64,000 bases of DNA from a virus. Its lineage: Duplodnaviria > Heunggongvirae > Uroviricota > Caudoviricetes. Numbering within the stretch: the first letter of the stretch is position 1; each line of letters begins with the position of its first letter. The notes below the pieces were generated by a model, which had not been told where the DNA came from, did no database searches, and saw only the letters and a list, made by a program, of their open reading frames with translations. A program made the translations under genes and the position numbers. The stretch lies in the IMG/VR virus record IMGVR_UViG_2718218305_000006. The stretch is one strand, 5' to 3'. Shown here piece after piece: positions 62,754 to 64,000 of this stretch.

Positions 62754-64000
62754 TCTGGTTATTGATTTGAGTCTGGATGCGGCCCGGTTTGATGAACAGA
62801 TGGCCCGGGTACGCCGTCATTTTTCCAGTCTGGAGGCGGATGCCAGAAAAACCGCCAGTACTGTTGAACAGGGGCTGAGCCGACAGGCGCTGGCGGCACA
62901 AAAAGCCGGGATATCAGTCGGACAGTATAAGGCTGCCATGCGCACACTGCCCGCACAGTTCACGGATATTGTCACTCAGCTTGCCGGTGGTCAGAATCCC
63001 TTCCTTATCATGCTGCAGCAGGGGGGGCAGATCAGCGATTCATTCGGTGGACCGCTCAGCCTGCTTACCCTGCTGAAGGAGGAACTTCTCGGGATCAGGG
63101 ATGCCTCTGAATCATCAGAGGAGTCGCTGTCAGATACGGCAAATGCACTGGCTGAAAATGCCCGGAATGCCGGTGAGCTGGGACGATTTATGTCGGTGGC
63201 CCGTGTGGCGGCAGGTGGCGGGGTTGCCGTACTGGCCGCGCTTGCTGCCGCCGCCTGGCAGGCAGAGCAGGCTGACCGGGCCTTATTGCGTTCACTGATC
63301 CTGACCGGAGGGGCGGCTGCCACCACAACGGCAGAATTGTGGAAAATGGCCGGGGTGATCAGCGATGAAGCCGGTGGTGGTATCAGACAGGCGGCAGAAA
63401 ATCTGGCCCGTCTGGCAGAAAGCGGGAAATATACCGCCGGGCAGCTACGGATCATGGGGGAAACCTCTCAGAGATGGCTGCAGACGGTGGGGGACGATGC
63501 CGGGAAGGTGGAAAAAGCCTTTGAAGGGATTGCAGCAGATCCGGTGAAGGCGCTGGCCTCCCTGAATCAGCAGTATAACTTCCTGAGCGTTTCCCAGTTA
63601 CGCCATATTGATGAGCTTGAGCGCACGAAAGGTAAACAGGTTGCGGTGACGGAGGCGATGTCCCTGTTTGCGGATGTCATGAATGCACGTCTGGAGCAAC
63701 TTGATAAAGCGGCCACGCCGGTGGAAAAAATCTGGGACGATGTTAAAACCTGGACTTCTGACGCATGGGCATGGATAGGTGATCATACACTGGGGGCACT
63801 CAGTCTGATCACTGACGTGGTGGCCGGAACCGTTGAACAAGTGAAGCTGCTGCTTGTGCAGGGGGATCTGGCGCTGGCTGAATTTATTCAGTCAGCCTGG
63901 GAAACGACAAAGAATGTGCCCGGCGTTGGTGCGTTGTTTGGTGAACTGGCAGAAGAGAACCGCGTATTTATTGAGAAAACAAAACGCGATGAACTGGCGC
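62734..64000 (+). CDS. H: tail tape measure protein H (5' part, runs off the window)
   Basis: ATG at 62734 giving MSQPAGDLVIDLSLDAARFDEQMARVRRHF.. (lambda H N-terminus); no stop before the window end. Confidence 0.85.
   Translation, partial: MSQPAGDLVIDLSLDAARFDEQMARVRRHFSSLEADARKTASTVEQGLSRQALAAQKAGISVGQYKAAMRTLPAQFTDIVTQLAGGQNPFLIMLQQGGQISDSFGGPLSLLTLLKEELLGIRDASESSEESLSDTANALAENARNAGELGRFMSVARVAAGGGVAVLAALAAAAWQAEQADRALLRSLILTGGAAATTTAELWKMAGVISDEAGGGIRQAAENLARLAESGKYTAGQLRIMGETSQRWLQTVGDDAGKVEKAFEGIAADPVKALASLNQQYNFLSVSQLRHIDELERTKGKQVAVTEAMSLFADVMNARLEQLDKAATPVEKIWDDVKTWTSDAWAWIGDHTLGALSLITDVVAGTVEQVKLLLVQGDLALAEFIQSAWETTKNVPGVGALFGELAEENRVFIEKTKRDELA

Overview
This 64-kb window holds two tandem, same-orientation lambdoid prophages of an Escherichia/Shigella-type chromosome; the best candidates for an undescribed system are listed at the end of this summary. 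All calls come from reading the ORF translations and DNA by eye plus recalled family knowledge; no database search or folding was run, and coordinates of non-ATG starts are approximate. Prophage 1 (1 to about 30.5 kb) is seen from its nin/Q region onward: DUF968-rusA-Q, late promoter and terminator, an ORF6N-like gene, a decayed chimeric tRNA, nanS-p esterase, a lysis cassette (dual-start holin, inserted unknown gene, SAR endolysin, Rz/Rz1), terminase, portal, protease-capsid fusion, lambda-like tail genes Z-U-V-G/T-H-M-L-K-I-J, lom, a collagen-repeat side tail fibre and a dinI-like gene. Prophage 2 (about 30.5 to 64 kb) starts with a truncated integrase and a Qin-type dicB operon (414-aa unknown, ydfD-like, dicB, DicF sRNA, two coupled unknown genes), then cI/cro/cII-like/O with iterons/P, nin-like genes, hok, a BOF protein, DUF968-rusA(amber)-Q, an AraC-like regulator, tRNA-Ile and tRNA-Arg, a TerB-like gene in the slot where Stx phages carry stxAB, a second nanS-p, a lysis cassette with an inserted unknown gene and an antirepressor, a PerC-like regulator, a lambda-type cos site and lambda-type Nu1-A-W-B-C-D-E-FI-FII-Z-U-V-G/T-H (H runs off the window). 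No stx, CRISPR array or rRNA was seen. The strongest candidates for an undescribed function are: (1) the translationally coupled 77-aa/216-aa pair beside cI (33579..34462); (2) the unknown genes inserted between holin and endolysin in both prophages (6904..7461 and 48548..48892); (3) the 414-aa acidic protein overlapping the integrase remnant (31094..32338); (4) the TerB-like/membrane pair in the stx slot (45130..45725).
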